In this document: one piece after another, positions 1 to 10,193 of the stretch
How positions within the stretch are numbered: position 1 is the first letter of the stretch
How the letters are laid out: each line of letters starts with the position of its first letter
The notes under the pieces: generated by a model
Seen by the model: only the letters and a program-made list of their open reading frames with translations
Told to the model about the DNA's origin: nothing
Database searches by the model: none
NCBI GenBank assembly: GCA_963820525.1
Contig: CAWGAA010000003.1
Location: 896,001 to 960,000, forward strand
Direction of reading: 5' to 3'
DNA from: an uncultured Spirochaetota bacterium
GTDB taxonomy: Bacteria; Spirochaetota; Spirochaetia; SZUA-6; Fen-1364
Length of the DNA stretch: 64,000 nucleotides
Made by a program: the position numbers and the translations under genes

Positions 1-1380
1 TCTGCCAGTGCCAAGCGCCAACCCGCTCTGATTCCCAGGTCTATGCGCCCGACCATCTCCATCGCGGAGGACCACAGGCTGGTCCAAATGACCGACACCC
101 TGGACTGGACAGAAATGGAGGAGCAAGCCCAGCAGATACGATCCGCCAAGCTCAAGAACGCCGCTGGGCGGCCGCCGCACCTGCGCGCCTTGCTGGGAGC
201 TATGCTGCTGATGGCCACCCGAAAGCTGACATACCGGGAGGCCGAGGACTTGATCTGCTACTACGCCCCAGCGCGCTACTTGTGCGGGCTGACCGAAACG
301 GAGTGGACCCCGGACTTCACCACCATCCAGGACTTCACCGAACTGATGGGCGAGCAGGGGATCAAGCTCATCAATCAATGCGTGGTGCAAATGGCGGTGA
401 AACAAAAGTTGGCAGATCCCAAGACACTGGTGGCCGACACCACAGCGCAGGAAGCGGCGATCCCCTATCCCAACGAGATGGGGCTCATGGCCGGCTTTCT
501 GACCTCGGTGGCTGCCGCAACCCGAAAAGTTGGCCGAGCGCTGAAGGGATTCGTGCAGGAGACGGTGAGTCAATTCGAGGCGGCCAAGAAGAAGGGGCGA
601 GAGTACCGCCTGTTCGCCAAGACCAAGGAGAGCAAGGATCGGGTGATGGGGCAGATGATCGCCATCGTCAAGAAGCTCAACGAGCATCTGAGCAAGGCGC
701 TGGGCGCCCCTGCCGCACAGTGGGAAAAGCTACGCAAGCATGCAATTGTGGCCAAAAGCAAGCTGGTTCAGTTGCAGGAAACGATGAGCAAACTGATCCC
801 GCAGATCCGCTACTGGATTCGCACGGGCTGCGTGGCCAGCGGCAAGATCATCAGCCTGCATATCCCGCAGCTCTACAGCATCGTACGCGGCAAAGTGGGC
901 AAATCGGTGGAGTTTGGGCTGAGCTGGGGCATCAGGCGACTGGCGGGGGGGTACCTGCTGGCCACGCTGGCCCCGAATCGCCGCGAGTTACAGGACACGA
1001 AGTTCGCGGTGCGAGCGGTCAAAGACCACATCGCGCTCTTTGGCAAGGCGCCGCTGGCTTATGCCTACGACCGTGGTGGATACAGCGCGGAGAATGTCTC
1101 CACCTTGAAGAAGTTGGGGGTCAAGGATGTGGGACTGGCCCCCCGTGGACGTACGCAGTGGTCGGTAAGCGGGCCGGTGCGCGACCGGCTGGTCAGAGAG
1201 AGGGCAATGGTGGAGGCGGGAATCGGCACCATCAAGAGCCCGAGATACGGGTTCAATCGTCCAGCTGCTCGTTCGGAGGCCATGATGGGAGCGTGTGGGC
1301 AGCGCGCTGTGTTGGGATTCAACACCAACAAGCTGATCCGCGAACTTGCCGGGCGAAAGGGGATGACGCTGAACGGCTAA
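1..1380 (+). CDS. IS5/IS1182-like DDE transposase, probably 5'-truncated by the window edge
   Basis: Frame is open from base 1. N-terminal GRPP/PDFTTI segments resemble DUF772; DDE-like segments ADTT, YDRGGY and ERAMVEAGIG..K are present. Confidence 0.85.
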   Translation, partial: SASAKRQPALIPRSMRPTISIAEDHRLVQMTDTLDWTEMEEQAQQIRSAKLKNAAGRPPHLRALLGAMLLMATRKLTYREAEDLICYYAPARYLCGLTETEWTPDFTTIQDFTELMGEQGIKLINQCVVQMAVKQKLADPKTLVADTTAQEAAIPYPNEMGLMAGFLTSVAAATRKVGRALKGFVQETVSQFEAAKKKGREYRLFAKTKESKDRVMGQMIAIVKKLNEHLSKALGAPAAQWEKLRKHAIVAKSKLVQLQETMSKLIPQIRYWIRTGCVASGKIISLHIPQLYSIVRGKVGKSVEFGLSWGIRRLAGGYLLATLAPNRRELQDTKFAVRAVKDHIALFGKAPLAYAYDRGGYSAENVSTLKKLGVKDVGLAPRGRTQWSVSGPVRDRLVRERAMVEAGIGTIKSPRYGFNRPAARSEAMMGACGQRAVLGFNTNKLIRELAGRKGMTLNG

Positions 1381-1524
1381 CGGAATACGGGACGCCTGGT
1401 CACGAGACTGACAGTGCACCAGCGGGGTACGCACACAAGACACACAGCGCACCGGAAGGCGCGACATAGGTCCGCGGCCCGTCGAACACCGAGCCAACGG
1501 GCGCCTGAATTACCCGACAAACTG
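1..1524 (+). mobile_element. Right-hand part of an insertion sequence; putative right end near 1524
   Basis: Transposase is followed by about 140 bp of non-coding DNA ending in TTACCCGACAAACTG|TAG, which resembles IS5/IS1182 termini. The left end is outside the window, so the inverted repeat cannot be confirmed. Confidence 0.5.
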
Positions 1525-1603
1525 TAGCTAATATAACTATGAGAGAGAGTAGCAGGAGCACAGGTCAACGTTACTCTTCTCTGAGCAGACACCCCGCTGC
1601 CTA

Positions 1604-2386
1604 TCAGTACTGCTTGGGTGTCTGCGACAACAGCACTTTGTTCAACAGCCAATACGGGGCTATTCTTACGAAATTCGTCATGCACTTCATGGCTGGCGGA
1701 AAAAGATTCTCCCGCATTCCCTTTTTTATGCCCGCGAGCACGTACTCAGCGGCTTTTTCCTCGCTGATCTGACTCGGCGTGGGAATGCCGTCGCCCCGGC
1801 TGGCTTCGGTATCGACGAACCCGGGATGTATGGTCTGTATCAGAATATGACGGTAGCCGAAATGCCTCAATTCCATCCGTGCGGTTTCAAGAAAGATGCG
1901 AGCCGCGCTCTTGGCCGCGGTATAATCTCCCTGCATGGGAACCCCGAAATAGCTCGCTTGGGAATTCACATGGGCGATCATGCACCGGGTTTTCTGTGAC
2001 TTCATCTGCTTCATGAGGGGGCAGAAAAAATTGATCATGGTATCGTAGTTCGCGCGCATGCACTTCAGGATTGTTTCCCTCGAAGCGGTGAGGGTGTTCG
2101 AAGGAGGGCCATACCCGATGACCAGAATGGCGATATCGATCCCTCCGTATTTTTTCACCGTATCGGAAACGACCTCATACGCGTGATCCGGATCGAGGGC
2201 ATCCCCCGCGTAGAGCGTGCACTCGCTGCCGTTCCCGCGGATCTCTTCCGCAGCCGACTCCAGAAGCTCCTTGCGCCGCGCGGTGATCACGATTTTATTC
2301 TTGAAGCGGCTCAGGGCTATCGCGGTTGCCCGGCCTATGCCCGATGAAGCCCCCGTGATGAGAATTACCTTCTTCGAATAATCCAT
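1604..2386 (-). CDS. Short-chain dehydrogenase/reductase (SDR)
   Basis: TGASSGIG Rossmann motif, YTAAK catalytic motif and PGFVDT. Confidence 0.9.
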   Translation of the reverse strand: MDYSKKVILITGASSGIGRATAIALSRFKNKIVITARRKELLESAAEEIRGNGSECTLYAGDALDPDHAYEVVSDTVKKYGGIDIAILVIGYGPPSNTLTASRETILKCMRANYDTMINFFCPLMKQMKSQKTRCMIAHVNSQASYFGVPMQGDYTAAKSAARIFLETARMELRHFGYRHILIQTIHPGFVDTEASRGDGIPTPSQISEEKAAEYVLAGIKKGMRENLFPPAMKCMTNFVRIAPYWLLNKVLLSQTPKQY

Positions 2387-2408
2387 GTGCCCCCCATTCC
2401 GTTGATAT

Positions 2409-3056
2409 TCAATGGCGAGTGACCTTCAGGTCTCGCCGTGAACGCTTCGGACGCAGATCGGCGCAGGCGATTCGCGTGAGCAGGAAGATCACCATCGCCC
2501 TCCTGTTCAACTCTTTCATGATAAGGTGGGGGATCTGGTTCTCCAATAGCAGGCACGCGAATCCATGGACGACGCTCCATACTCCGATAGCCGTCTTTTC
2601 AGCCGGCCCGGTTTCAAGGATCTTTGCGGTCTGACAGGCCTTTGTCATCCCAATGAGAAGCCTGAAGGTCGCGTGAGAGATCTCCACCAAGTCTGGATAA
2701 TCCTTTTCTTTTTCAATCACGCCGGAAAAGGTGATTTTGAAGCGATCCGGATCCTTGACCGCGAAATCGATGTACGCGCATCCGATCTCCACCAATTGCC
2801 GCGCCGGCTCGCCGGCGTTTTTCTCCATGACTGCCTTCATCTTTTGGTACAAGCGACGATAGCCCTCGGTGGATATGGCGGCGATCAATGCCTGCTTGTC
2901 CGCGAAGTGCGCATAGGGCGCGGTCCGGCTTACCCCCGCCCTGCCGGCCACCTTCCGCAGGGAAAGCCCGCCCACCCCTTCCTTGGCCAGGATTTCCGCT
3001 CCCGCCTCGACGAGGGCGTTCTTCAAATCCCCGTGGTGATAGGATCGCTTGACCAT
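2409..3056 (-). CDS. TetR/AcrR family regulator with WHG-type C-terminal domain
   Basis: Start trimmed to MVKRSYHHGDLK. HTH LSLRKVAGRAGVSRTAPYAHF; WSVVHG motif. Confidence 0.9.
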   Translation of the reverse strand: MVKRSYHHGDLKNALVEAGAEILAKEGVGGLSLRKVAGRAGVSRTAPYAHFADKQALIAAISTEGYRRLYQKMKAVMEKNAGEPARQLVEIGCAYIDFAVKDPDRFKITFSGVIEKEKDYPDLVEISHATFRLLIGMTKACQTAKILETGPAEKTAIGVWSVVHGFACLLLENQIPHLIMKELNRRAMVIFLLTRIACADLRPKRSRRDLKVTRH

Positions 3057-3072
3057 GGGACAATGAAATACC

Positions 3073-3107
3073 CCAATCTTGACAATGTCAAGATTGGATG
3101 GTAAACT
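3073..3107 (+). promoter_or_regulatory. Perfect palindromic operator overlapping a sigma70 promoter
   Basis: CCAATCTTGACA-A-TGTCAAGATTGG at 3073-3097. TTGACA (3079-3084), 17 bp spacer, TAAACT (3102-3107). Lies between the divergent tetR and aldolase genes. Confidence 0.8.
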
Positions 3108-3133
3108 TTCCTCCGCGCGTAAAGGAGCACGAT

Positions 3134-3820
3134 ATGGGGGAATTTGACCATGCCAAACGCCGGATCGTGGAAACCGCCCAGGAGTTGACCCGCAAAGGCT
3201 ACCTGATGGCGACGGGGGGGAATCTCTCCATGCGCATCCCCGACCGGGATGCGTTCGCCGTGACACCTTCGGACTTCGATTATATGAGCATGACGCCGGA
3301 CGACGTCTGCGTGTTGGACTTCGATCTGAAGACATTGGAAGGGAAGCGAAAACCTTCGGTGGAGAGCGCCATGCACGCCGGAGTCTACCTGACCCGGAGG
3401 GATGTGAACGCAGTCGTCCACACCCATCAGGTCTACGCCAGCGCCCTGGCCTTGATGAAGTCGCCAATCCCCGCCTTGTTCGACGAACAGGTCCGCTTCC
3501 TCGGACGCTCGGTGGAGCTTATCGCCTACGCTCCCTCCGGGACCGGGATGCTGAAGAACGCGATCGTCAAGCATATCAGAAACCACCACAACGCCTACCT
3601 CATGCAGAACCATGGCGCCCTGTGCTTCGGCCACGATTTGGAGCGTGCCGTCCACAATGTCGAGATATTGGAAAAGTGCGCCCTGGCCTATCTTCTGACC
3701 ATGATGGCGGGGAAAAAGGCCGATCATATCCCGCTTCCAATACGCGAGGTCGCGTTCGCCAAGCTTCGCAAGGACCAGAAGAAAGCGGAGGCGGAAGTGA
3801 TGGAAGGCCGAACCATATGA
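3134..3820 (+). CDS. Class II aldolase/adducin family protein (FucA-like)
   Basis: GGNLS, TPS, KPSVESAMH, VHTH and NHG metal-binding motifs; AAGGAG RBS upstream. Confidence 0.9.
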   Translation: MGEFDHAKRRIVETAQELTRKGYLMATGGNLSMRIPDRDAFAVTPSDFDYMSMTPDDVCVLDFDLKTLEGKRKPSVESAMHAGVYLTRRDVNAVVHTHQVYASALALMKSPIPALFDEQVRFLGRSVELIAYAPSGTGMLKNAIVKHIRNHHNAYLMQNHGALCFGHDLERAVHNVEILEKCALAYLLTMMAGKKADHIPLPIREVAFAKLRKDQKKAEAEVMEGRTI

Positions 3821-5271
3821 GCGGCAATCAAGCCTACGCGATCTCCACGTACCCGGACACCGATGATGTCTATCGGCGCCTTGACGCGCTCGTTCGCCAG
3901 CCCATGCGCCCGGTGAAAAGGGAAAAGATGCGGGAGTACCTGGAGTATTTCTCCGCGAAGTGCGTTCGTTCCAAGGAACTGACCGACGAGGCGAAGAAGT
4001 ACATCCCCGGCGGGGTCCAGCACAACCTGGCGTTCAACTACCCCTTCCCTATCGCCATCGAAAAAGCCGAAGGCGCATTCCTGTGGGACGTCGACGGCAA
4101 CCGCTACATCGATTTTCTGCAGGCCGGCGGTCCCACGGTACTGGGCAGCAACTACGCTCCGGTTCGGGAAAAGATATTCGAGCTTCTGAAAACCTGCAGC
4201 CCGGTGATCGGCTTGTTCCACGAGTACGAGCTTAAATTGGCGAAGCTCATCCAACGCTTGATGCCTTCCGTAGAGATGTTCCGCATGCTCGGCTCGGGTA
4301 CCGAGGGCGTGATGGCCGCGATGCGCGCGGCGCGGGCGTTCACCAAGAAGAGATACGTCATCAAGGCAGGCGGCGCCTACCATGGCTGGTCGGATCAGAT
4401 GGTGTTCGGGATGCACGTTCCCGGAACCGGGCGCCGGGAGGCGACGGGCATCCCGAGCGGATCGAGCGAATCGACCCTCGAGTTTTTCCCCACCAGCCTC
4501 GGCGCCCTGCGCCGTCGTTTGATTCTCAACCGGCTGCGCGGCGGGACCGCGGCGGTGATCCTCGAGCCGATCGGTCCGGAGAGCGGAACCCGGCCTGTTC
4601 CGAAAGATTTTTGCCGCAAGGTCCGCGAGCTCTGCGACGAGTTCGGCTGTCTTCTCATCTTCGACGAGGTGGTGACGGGCTTCCGCCTGGGCCTGGGAGG
4701 CGCCCAAGGGTACTTCGGCGTGCGGCCGGACCTGACCGTGTTCGGCAAGTGCATCACCGGCGGCTACCCCATGGCGGGCGGCGTGGGCGGGCGGGCGGAA
4801 GTCATCAATCGCTTCGCTCCAGGAATCGGCGGGTCAGGCGAGCGGGCATACATCGGCGGGACGCTTTCCGCCAATCCGCTCTCCTGCGCGGCCGGCTACT
4901 TTGCCCTGCTGGAAATGGAGCGGACCAATGCCCCGGTCCTGGCCGGGCTGGCCGGGGATCGGCTCACCAAAGGCCTCCAGGCCATTATTGCGAAGCATAA
5001 CCTGCCGTTCGTCGCCTATAACCAGGGCTCCATCGTCCATCTTGAGACGTCCGCGGTGATGCTTCTGGACTTCCGAAACCCCCTGCGGCTTGCCAAGGAA
5101 TTAAAGCCGCGCACGCACATGATCGAGGAGATGGGCGCGGCCTATATGGCCAATGGCGTGATCACCCTTGCCGGCTCGCGAATGTACACTTCCATGGCGG
5201 ATACCGATGCGGTCATCGACGAGGCGCTCCAGAGGTTTGAAAACGTTCTTTCCAACGTCGAAGGTTTATAA
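3817..5271 (+). CDS. Class III PLP aminotransferase (GSA-aminomutase-like)
   Basis: DVDGNRYID, SGTE, YHG, LIFDEVVTGFR and FGK (PLP Lys); ATGA overlap with the aldolase gene. Confidence 0.9.
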   Translation: MSGNQAYAISTYPDTDDVYRRLDALVRQPMRPVKREKMREYLEYFSAKCVRSKELTDEAKKYIPGGVQHNLAFNYPFPIAIEKAEGAFLWDVDGNRYIDFLQAGGPTVLGSNYAPVREKIFELLKTCSPVIGLFHEYELKLAKLIQRLMPSVEMFRMLGSGTEGVMAAMRAARAFTKKRYVIKAGGAYHGWSDQMVFGMHVPGTGRREATGIPSGSSESTLEFFPTSLGALRRRLILNRLRGGTAAVILEPIGPESGTRPVPKDFCRKVRELCDEFGCLLIFDEVVTGFRLGLGGAQGYFGVRPDLTVFGKCITGGYPMAGGVGGRAEVINRFAPGIGGSGERAYIGGTLSANPLSCAAGYFALLEMERTNAPVLAGLAGDRLTKGLQAIIAKHNLPFVAYNQGSIVHLETSAVMLLDFRNPLRLAKELKPRTHMIEEMGAAYMANGVITLAGSRMYTSMADTDAVIDEALQRFENVLSNVEGL

Positions 5272-5281
5272 GGGAGGAACG

Positions 5282-6856
5282 ATGGGCGCGGAAAACGTTC
5301 TCCTCGCGGTGGACCTTGGCACCTCCGGGATGAAGGTGGCGCTTGTCACCATTCACGGACGGGTGCTGGGCTTCGAGTTCGAGCCGATCGCTCTGATCGT
5401 CACCCCCGATGGAGGCGCCGAGCAGTCGCCGGAGGAATGGTGGACGGCCTTCAGGACCGCGGCCAAACGCCTGCTCGGTCGCGGTCTTGCCCCAAGCCAG
5501 GCCGTGCGGGCGGTGTGCTGTTCCACTCAAGGCGAGGGCACGGTGCCGGTCGACCGCGAAGGTCGAGCACTGATGAATTGCATCTTGTGGATGGATATGC
5601 GGGGCGCATCGTGCCTTCAAAAACAATTCCGCGGGATACTCAATGTCAACGGAGCCGGAATCGGGAACATCCTGCGCTGGGTGCGGCTCACGGGGGGAAT
5701 GCCCTCCATGACCGGCAAGGATCCGGCCGGGCATATGCTTCTGGTGCGGGATCGCTTCCCCGAGGTCTACGAACGCACGTATAAGTTCCTGAACGTGCTC
5801 GATTACATGAATTTTCGCCTGACCGGCCGCTTCGCAGCCACTTTCGATTCGATCCTCACCTCCTGGGTGACGGACAACCGGGCCCCGAACGCGATCCGCT
5901 ACCACCCGAGCCTGCGTAAAAGATGCGGGGTGGACGCGGAAAAGCTCCCCGAGATAGTGTCCTGTACATCGGTGCTCGGAACGCTTCAAGCCGATGTCGC
6001 CCGAGAGCTAGGGCTCGGAGGCGGCGTCCGGGTAGTGGCGGGTGCGATCGACACCACCGCGGCCGCGATCGGCGCCGGGACGGTGGAGGATTTTGCCACG
6101 CACCTCTACATCGGCACCTCCTCCTGGATGGCGGCTCACGTGCCGTTCAAGAAAACCGACGTCGGCTCTTCGCTGGCATCGGTCCCGTGCGCCGTTCCCG
6201 GCCGCTACCTGCTCACGGCTTTGCAGGCGACCGCGGGCGGCAACCTCACCTTCCTGCGCGACAATGTCCTCTATCACAAGGACGAGCTTCTCCAAGAGGC
6301 CGAGGTCCCGGATATCTTCAAGGTGCTGGATCTGATCGCCGCGCGCGTTCCTGCCGGATCGAACGGCGTGCTGTACACGCCCTGGATCTGGGGCGAGCGG
6401 GCGCCGGTGGAGGACCGCACCCTGCGTGCGGGGCTCTACAACCTATCCCTGCACAACACGCGGGAGGATATCATCCGAGCTTTCCTGGAAGGCGTGGCCT
6501 TGAACACACGCTGGCTGATGCGGCCTTTCGAGAAGTTCATCGGGCGCGGGCTTCAGTCCATCACCCTTGTGGGTGGCGGAGCCCAGTCCGAAGTTTGGTG
6601 CCGGATCTTCGCCGACGTATTGGGCACGGAGATCAGACAGGTGTCAGACCCGATCACCACAAATGTCCGAGGCGCCGCGTGGATCGCGGCGGTGGGATTG
6701 GGGGAGATCGCGTTCAGCGAGCTATCGAGCCTCGTTCTTCTTAAGCGGGTATACGAGCCAAACCCGAACAACCGGCCGATCTACGACGAGCGTTTCGAGG
6801 TGTTCCAGAGCGTATATCGCCAGATGCGGCCGATCTATCGGAGGATGAACCGGTAG
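5282..6856 (+). CDS. FGGY-family carbohydrate kinase (xylulokinase-like)
   Basis: DLGTSGMK, ILWMDMR, GTS, GERAP, EGVA and GGGAQS motifs. Confidence 0.9.
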   Translation: MGAENVLLAVDLGTSGMKVALVTIHGRVLGFEFEPIALIVTPDGGAEQSPEEWWTAFRTAAKRLLGRGLAPSQAVRAVCCSTQGEGTVPVDREGRALMNCILWMDMRGASCLQKQFRGILNVNGAGIGNILRWVRLTGGMPSMTGKDPAGHMLLVRDRFPEVYERTYKFLNVLDYMNFRLTGRFAATFDSILTSWVTDNRAPNAIRYHPSLRKRCGVDAEKLPEIVSCTSVLGTLQADVARELGLGGGVRVVAGAIDTTAAAIGAGTVEDFATHLYIGTSSWMAAHVPFKKTDVGSSLASVPCAVPGRYLLTALQATAGGNLTFLRDNVLYHKDELLQEAEVPDIFKVLDLIAARVPAGSNGVLYTPWIWGERAPVEDRTLRAGLYNLSLHNTREDIIRAFLEGVALNTRWLMRPFEKFIGRGLQSITLVGGGAQSEVWCRIFADVLGTEIRQVSDPITTNVRGAAWIAAVGLGEIAFSELSSLVLLKRVYEPNPNNRPIYDERFEVFQSVYRQMRPIYRRMNR

Positions 6857-6892
6857 GCAAGGCGAGGACATTGGTCCGCAGGAGTAAAAGTG

Positions 6893-7459
6893 ATGGATTT
6901 ATTACCCACATTACATGTAGGCATATTGAATGGATGGATACCGCTAATCATCTATTTCATAGGGCTTCTTATCTCTGTATCTCTGTACTCAAAGGAGCCA
7001 AGGGTCTGGCTTTTCAATAATCCGAAAGATAGGAATAAAGGCGTATTCATGTTCATTCGTCTGTTCGGTCAACTTGCGATGATTGCCTACATTGTGATAA
7101 TGATTTTTACTCCAATGAAGATCAGTAATCCAGTATTTCTTATCGGTGCCGCAGTCTATTTGATTGGCTTCGTGTTTGAAATGACCGCCCTCTATTATTT
7201 CAGAAAAACACCTGTCGGCAAACCAGTCGTGAAAGGGCCTTATCGTGTTTCACGTAACCCTCAATGGTTGGGATTGTTTTTTGCGCTTTTAGGTTCGGCA
7301 ATCGCTGCTGGGATATGGCTTTATATTGCGTTTGTAGTTCTGGTGGGTATCATTTACCACAAACAGATTCTTGATGAAGAAAAAGCCTGTATAAAGAAAT
7401 ATGGAGAAGGCTATCGCGAGTATATGGAGCGCATATCAAGATACTTCCTTCTTCTGTAA
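6893..7459 (+). CDS. Membrane methyltransferase family protein (ICMT/PEMT-like)
   Basis: Multiple TM segments with GPYRVSRNPQ and EE....YGEGYREY motifs. Confidence 0.8.
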   Translation: MDLLPTLHVGILNGWIPLIIYFIGLLISVSLYSKEPRVWLFNNPKDRNKGVFMFIRLFGQLAMIAYIVIMIFTPMKISNPVFLIGAAVYLIGFVFEMTALYYFRKTPVGKPVVKGPYRVSRNPQWLGLFFALLGSAIAAGIWLYIAFVVLVGIIYHKQILDEEKACIKKYGEGYREYMERISRYFLLL

Positions 7460-7486
7460 AGCACGCAAAGAGAAAGAGGTAAAACT

Positions 7487-8487
7487 ATGAAATTTCAAGA
7501 GTACCGAATGTATCTACAAGGATTGCACATTCCTGGTGATTCCATCGAGCAACAAATGATCGTCGTTGAAGATTTTACCAAGTTCTTCACGGACCTCGAT
7601 ATGAAAGAAACGACACATACCGCCAGGAAAGAGGAAGTTGCGCAATTTGCGCGGAAGCTCATTGCCGAAGGACGTAATACATCGGAGAATTTTTCAAGCC
7701 TGTGTAAGTATACTGACTGGCTTGGTCATCGCCAGTTGTATGTGGCATTGATTGAAGCAATGGATTGTCATAACGCGATGGAGGTGCTGGCTGATAAAAT
7801 AGAACAGAAGCATGGTCGTAAGATTCGTGGACAAATATTCCTTGAACCCTTACCTCCCCTAGGAGCTGATGAAAAAGAGCGAAGCGCCCATACTCGAACT
7901 ATTACGGAGAGAATGGCTCAACAGCTCACTCCCGAAGAGATGCGTACGGCATGGTTTCAGGTCCAGCACGGGATTCCTGCCGATGTTTGGCGCAACAGTG
8001 ATATGGCGGACAGGGAAAAGTATCGTCAATGCGCGAACGTTGATGAATTTCTGAGCCTCAAACGGCGGGAAAGGGATGCATTGCTCACCCGGCTGCGAGA
8101 TGAGGATAAACTCTGGTATACAGTTGAAATTAATGATGAGGTACTTGATTTCATTAAAAGTGATCCCGAGATGGAGGGAGGAAAACGAAAGGGGGACAAG
8201 ATCTATATTACCAAAGTTCCTTACAATGCCGTGCGCTATCTTCACGAAACCGATCCTAAAATGAAACGCTATTATGCCTGTCATTGTCCCTGGTGAGGGA
8301 AGCGATCCTTCAAGATCGGCCAATCTCTGCGGATGTCTGCGAATGTAGTCTGGGCCATGCCAGCCACTATTTAGCGGGACTGGCCTTGGAACTCAAAGGA
8401 GAGGTTGTCGAAAGTGCTCTCAAGGGAGACACGCGATGTCGCTTTGTTTTTTATCTGCCGGATACGCATGGCAATACAGGAGAGTAG
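7487..8487 (+). pseudogene. Cys-rich hypothetical protein, frameshifted near 8290 (possibly an assembly error)
   Basis: ORF ends YYACHCPW* at TGTCCCTGGTGAGG. Adding one base continues it as VREAILQDRPISADVCECSLGH...CRFVFYLP (ORF 8284-8487). Confidence 0.7.
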
Positions 8488-8612
8488 CGGCTCTTCGGCC
8501 ATATTTTTGCTTCGCAAAAATGTCATTTGTGCGCGGTCCTCCGTGCTCTTAGGATATTGACACGTACTATATAATTTTCGTAGACACAAAAAACAGCAGG
8601 TGGAGTCAAACA

Positions 8613-9155
8613 ATGGGAAAAGCGATAGAAGACTTACAAAATGAACACCAAGCAATTCTCTCTAGTTTGCAGATTCTTGACACTCTTCGGGGACGTCTGG
8701 AGAGAGGATTGGACGTAGAGAGAAGGGATATCCATGACTTCGCAGCCTTCTTGAAGGAATTCGCCGATAAATGCCACCACGGGAAGGAAGAGGGCATTCT
8801 TTTTCCTGCTCTGGTGAAAGCTGGCATCACAGAGAAGGGCGGTCCAATAGGGGTCATGTTGTCCGAGCATGCAAAAGGACGCGAATTAATAAAGGAAATG
8901 GAATCGGCAGTCTCGGGCAAAGAAGATCGCGAAAGGTTTATGCGGGCGGCAAAGGAGTATTCAAGTTTGCTCCACGCTCATATCGAAAAGGAGAACAGCG
9001 TTCTTTTCCCCTCGGCAGAAAGGGTTCTTGCTGCTCCTCAATTGGATCAAATATATGAAGCATTCGAACAGCACGAACAGAAAGTGATCGGCGCGGGCAG
9101 GCATGAAGAACTTCATAGCATGCTAAAGAGATTGAAACAGAAATATCTTGCATGA
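8613..9155 (+). CDS. Hemerythrin HHE cation-binding domain protein
   Basis: EH, HHGKEE, EH and HIEKEN motifs. Confidence 0.9.
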   Translation: MGKAIEDLQNEHQAILSSLQILDTLRGRLERGLDVERRDIHDFAAFLKEFADKCHHGKEEGILFPALVKAGITEKGGPIGVMLSEHAKGRELIKEMESAVSGKEDRERFMRAAKEYSSLLHAHIEKENSVLFPSAERVLAAPQLDQIYEAFEQHEQKVIGAGRHEELHSMLKRLKQKYLA

Positions 9156-9208
9156 CAGAGAAGTCGCAGGGACTTGCGTGCCGGCGTTCGAATGCATACG
9201 CTTGAGCC

Positions 9209-10165
9209 GTGGGTCATCTGCTTGTCGTCTACTTTTTCCTCTGCCTTGCCTCCGGATTGACGGCTCTGGGACTCATCTTCACGAGGCGGCGAAAAACCCA
9301 GGAGCAGTTTCCCAGGTACATGTTCCTGTTCTTTCTCTCCTTCACCCTGCTCGTCCTGTATGCTCTCATCTACGCATATATCCGTGGAAACCTTCCTCTG
9401 CCGCCCGCTCCGCTCGTGGCCGGACTGGCGTATGGAAGCCATGCGGTGACTGGCTTTTTCCTCTGTTTCCTGCTTCTTTTCACCAATCTTCTCAAGTTGA
9501 GGAAAAACGGCGGAAAGGAATGGTCGATCGCCATCACGGCTTCCCTCCTGTATGGCTTCTTCGCCCTGCTCGCCGCAGTCCCCGACCGGACATCCGCCGT
9601 CCTGTACCGTATCCGTCAGCCCTGGTACGCGGCCGCGATTGTCACGTTTGCGCTCAGTGTCGCGTTGACTTTCCTGCCGTTGAAGCCCACCATCACGGCA
9701 GATCCGCGCACTCGCGGCGCTGCTCGGCGAATCACAATCGTCAGCGTGATTTTTCTCCCCTTCATCATGGCCGATATCTTCTTGAATACCATTCTCCCGA
9801 TCCGTTTTTTTCCGCTTCTGTATTGCGCGTACGCCGCCCTGATAATCCGGGATCGGCTCCGTGAGATTGCCGAGGCCGGCGGCTCGCGGAGCGGGACCGC
9901 GGCGACCAGCCCCATTGTCGTTCCCGGCGATTGGTTCTTCACGAAATATCGAATATCTCCGAGGGAACGGGAGATCATGGAACTGGTGCTCCAGGGAATG
10001 AATAATCCCGCAATCGCGAAAAAGCTTTTTATTTCCGTCCCCACGGTCAAAACACACGTGCAGAGGATTTTTCAGAAGGCGGGGGTCGGGAACCGATTTG
10101 AGCTGATGCGGTTCATATCGGCTCAGGCGCCGGAACCCGATTCCCCGAATGCATCACCCCGCTGA
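9209..10165 (+). CDS. Membrane-anchored LuxR-family transcriptional regulator
   Basis: About 7 hydrophobic segments, then the LuxR HTH ISPREREIMELVLQG..IAKKLFISVPTVKTH. Confidence 0.85.
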   Translation: MGHLLVVYFFLCLASGLTALGLIFTRRRKTQEQFPRYMFLFFLSFTLLVLYALIYAYIRGNLPLPPAPLVAGLAYGSHAVTGFFLCFLLLFTNLLKLRKNGGKEWSIAITASLLYGFFALLAAVPDRTSAVLYRIRQPWYAAAIVTFALSVALTFLPLKPTITADPRTRGAARRITIVSVIFLPFIMADIFLNTILPIRFFPLLYCAYAALIIRDRLREIAEAGGSRSGTAATSPIVVPGDWFFTKYRISPREREIMELVLQGMNNPAIAKKLFISVPTVKTHVQRIFQKAGVGNRFELMRFISAQAPEPDSPNASPR

Positions 10166-10193
10166 TTTCGCGCGCATGAAGGAACGGGATCGG

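Noticed and set aside
3817..5271. hemL assignment
   Set aside because: It has an N-terminal extension, a divergent sequence and sugar kinase/aldolase context with no hem genes.
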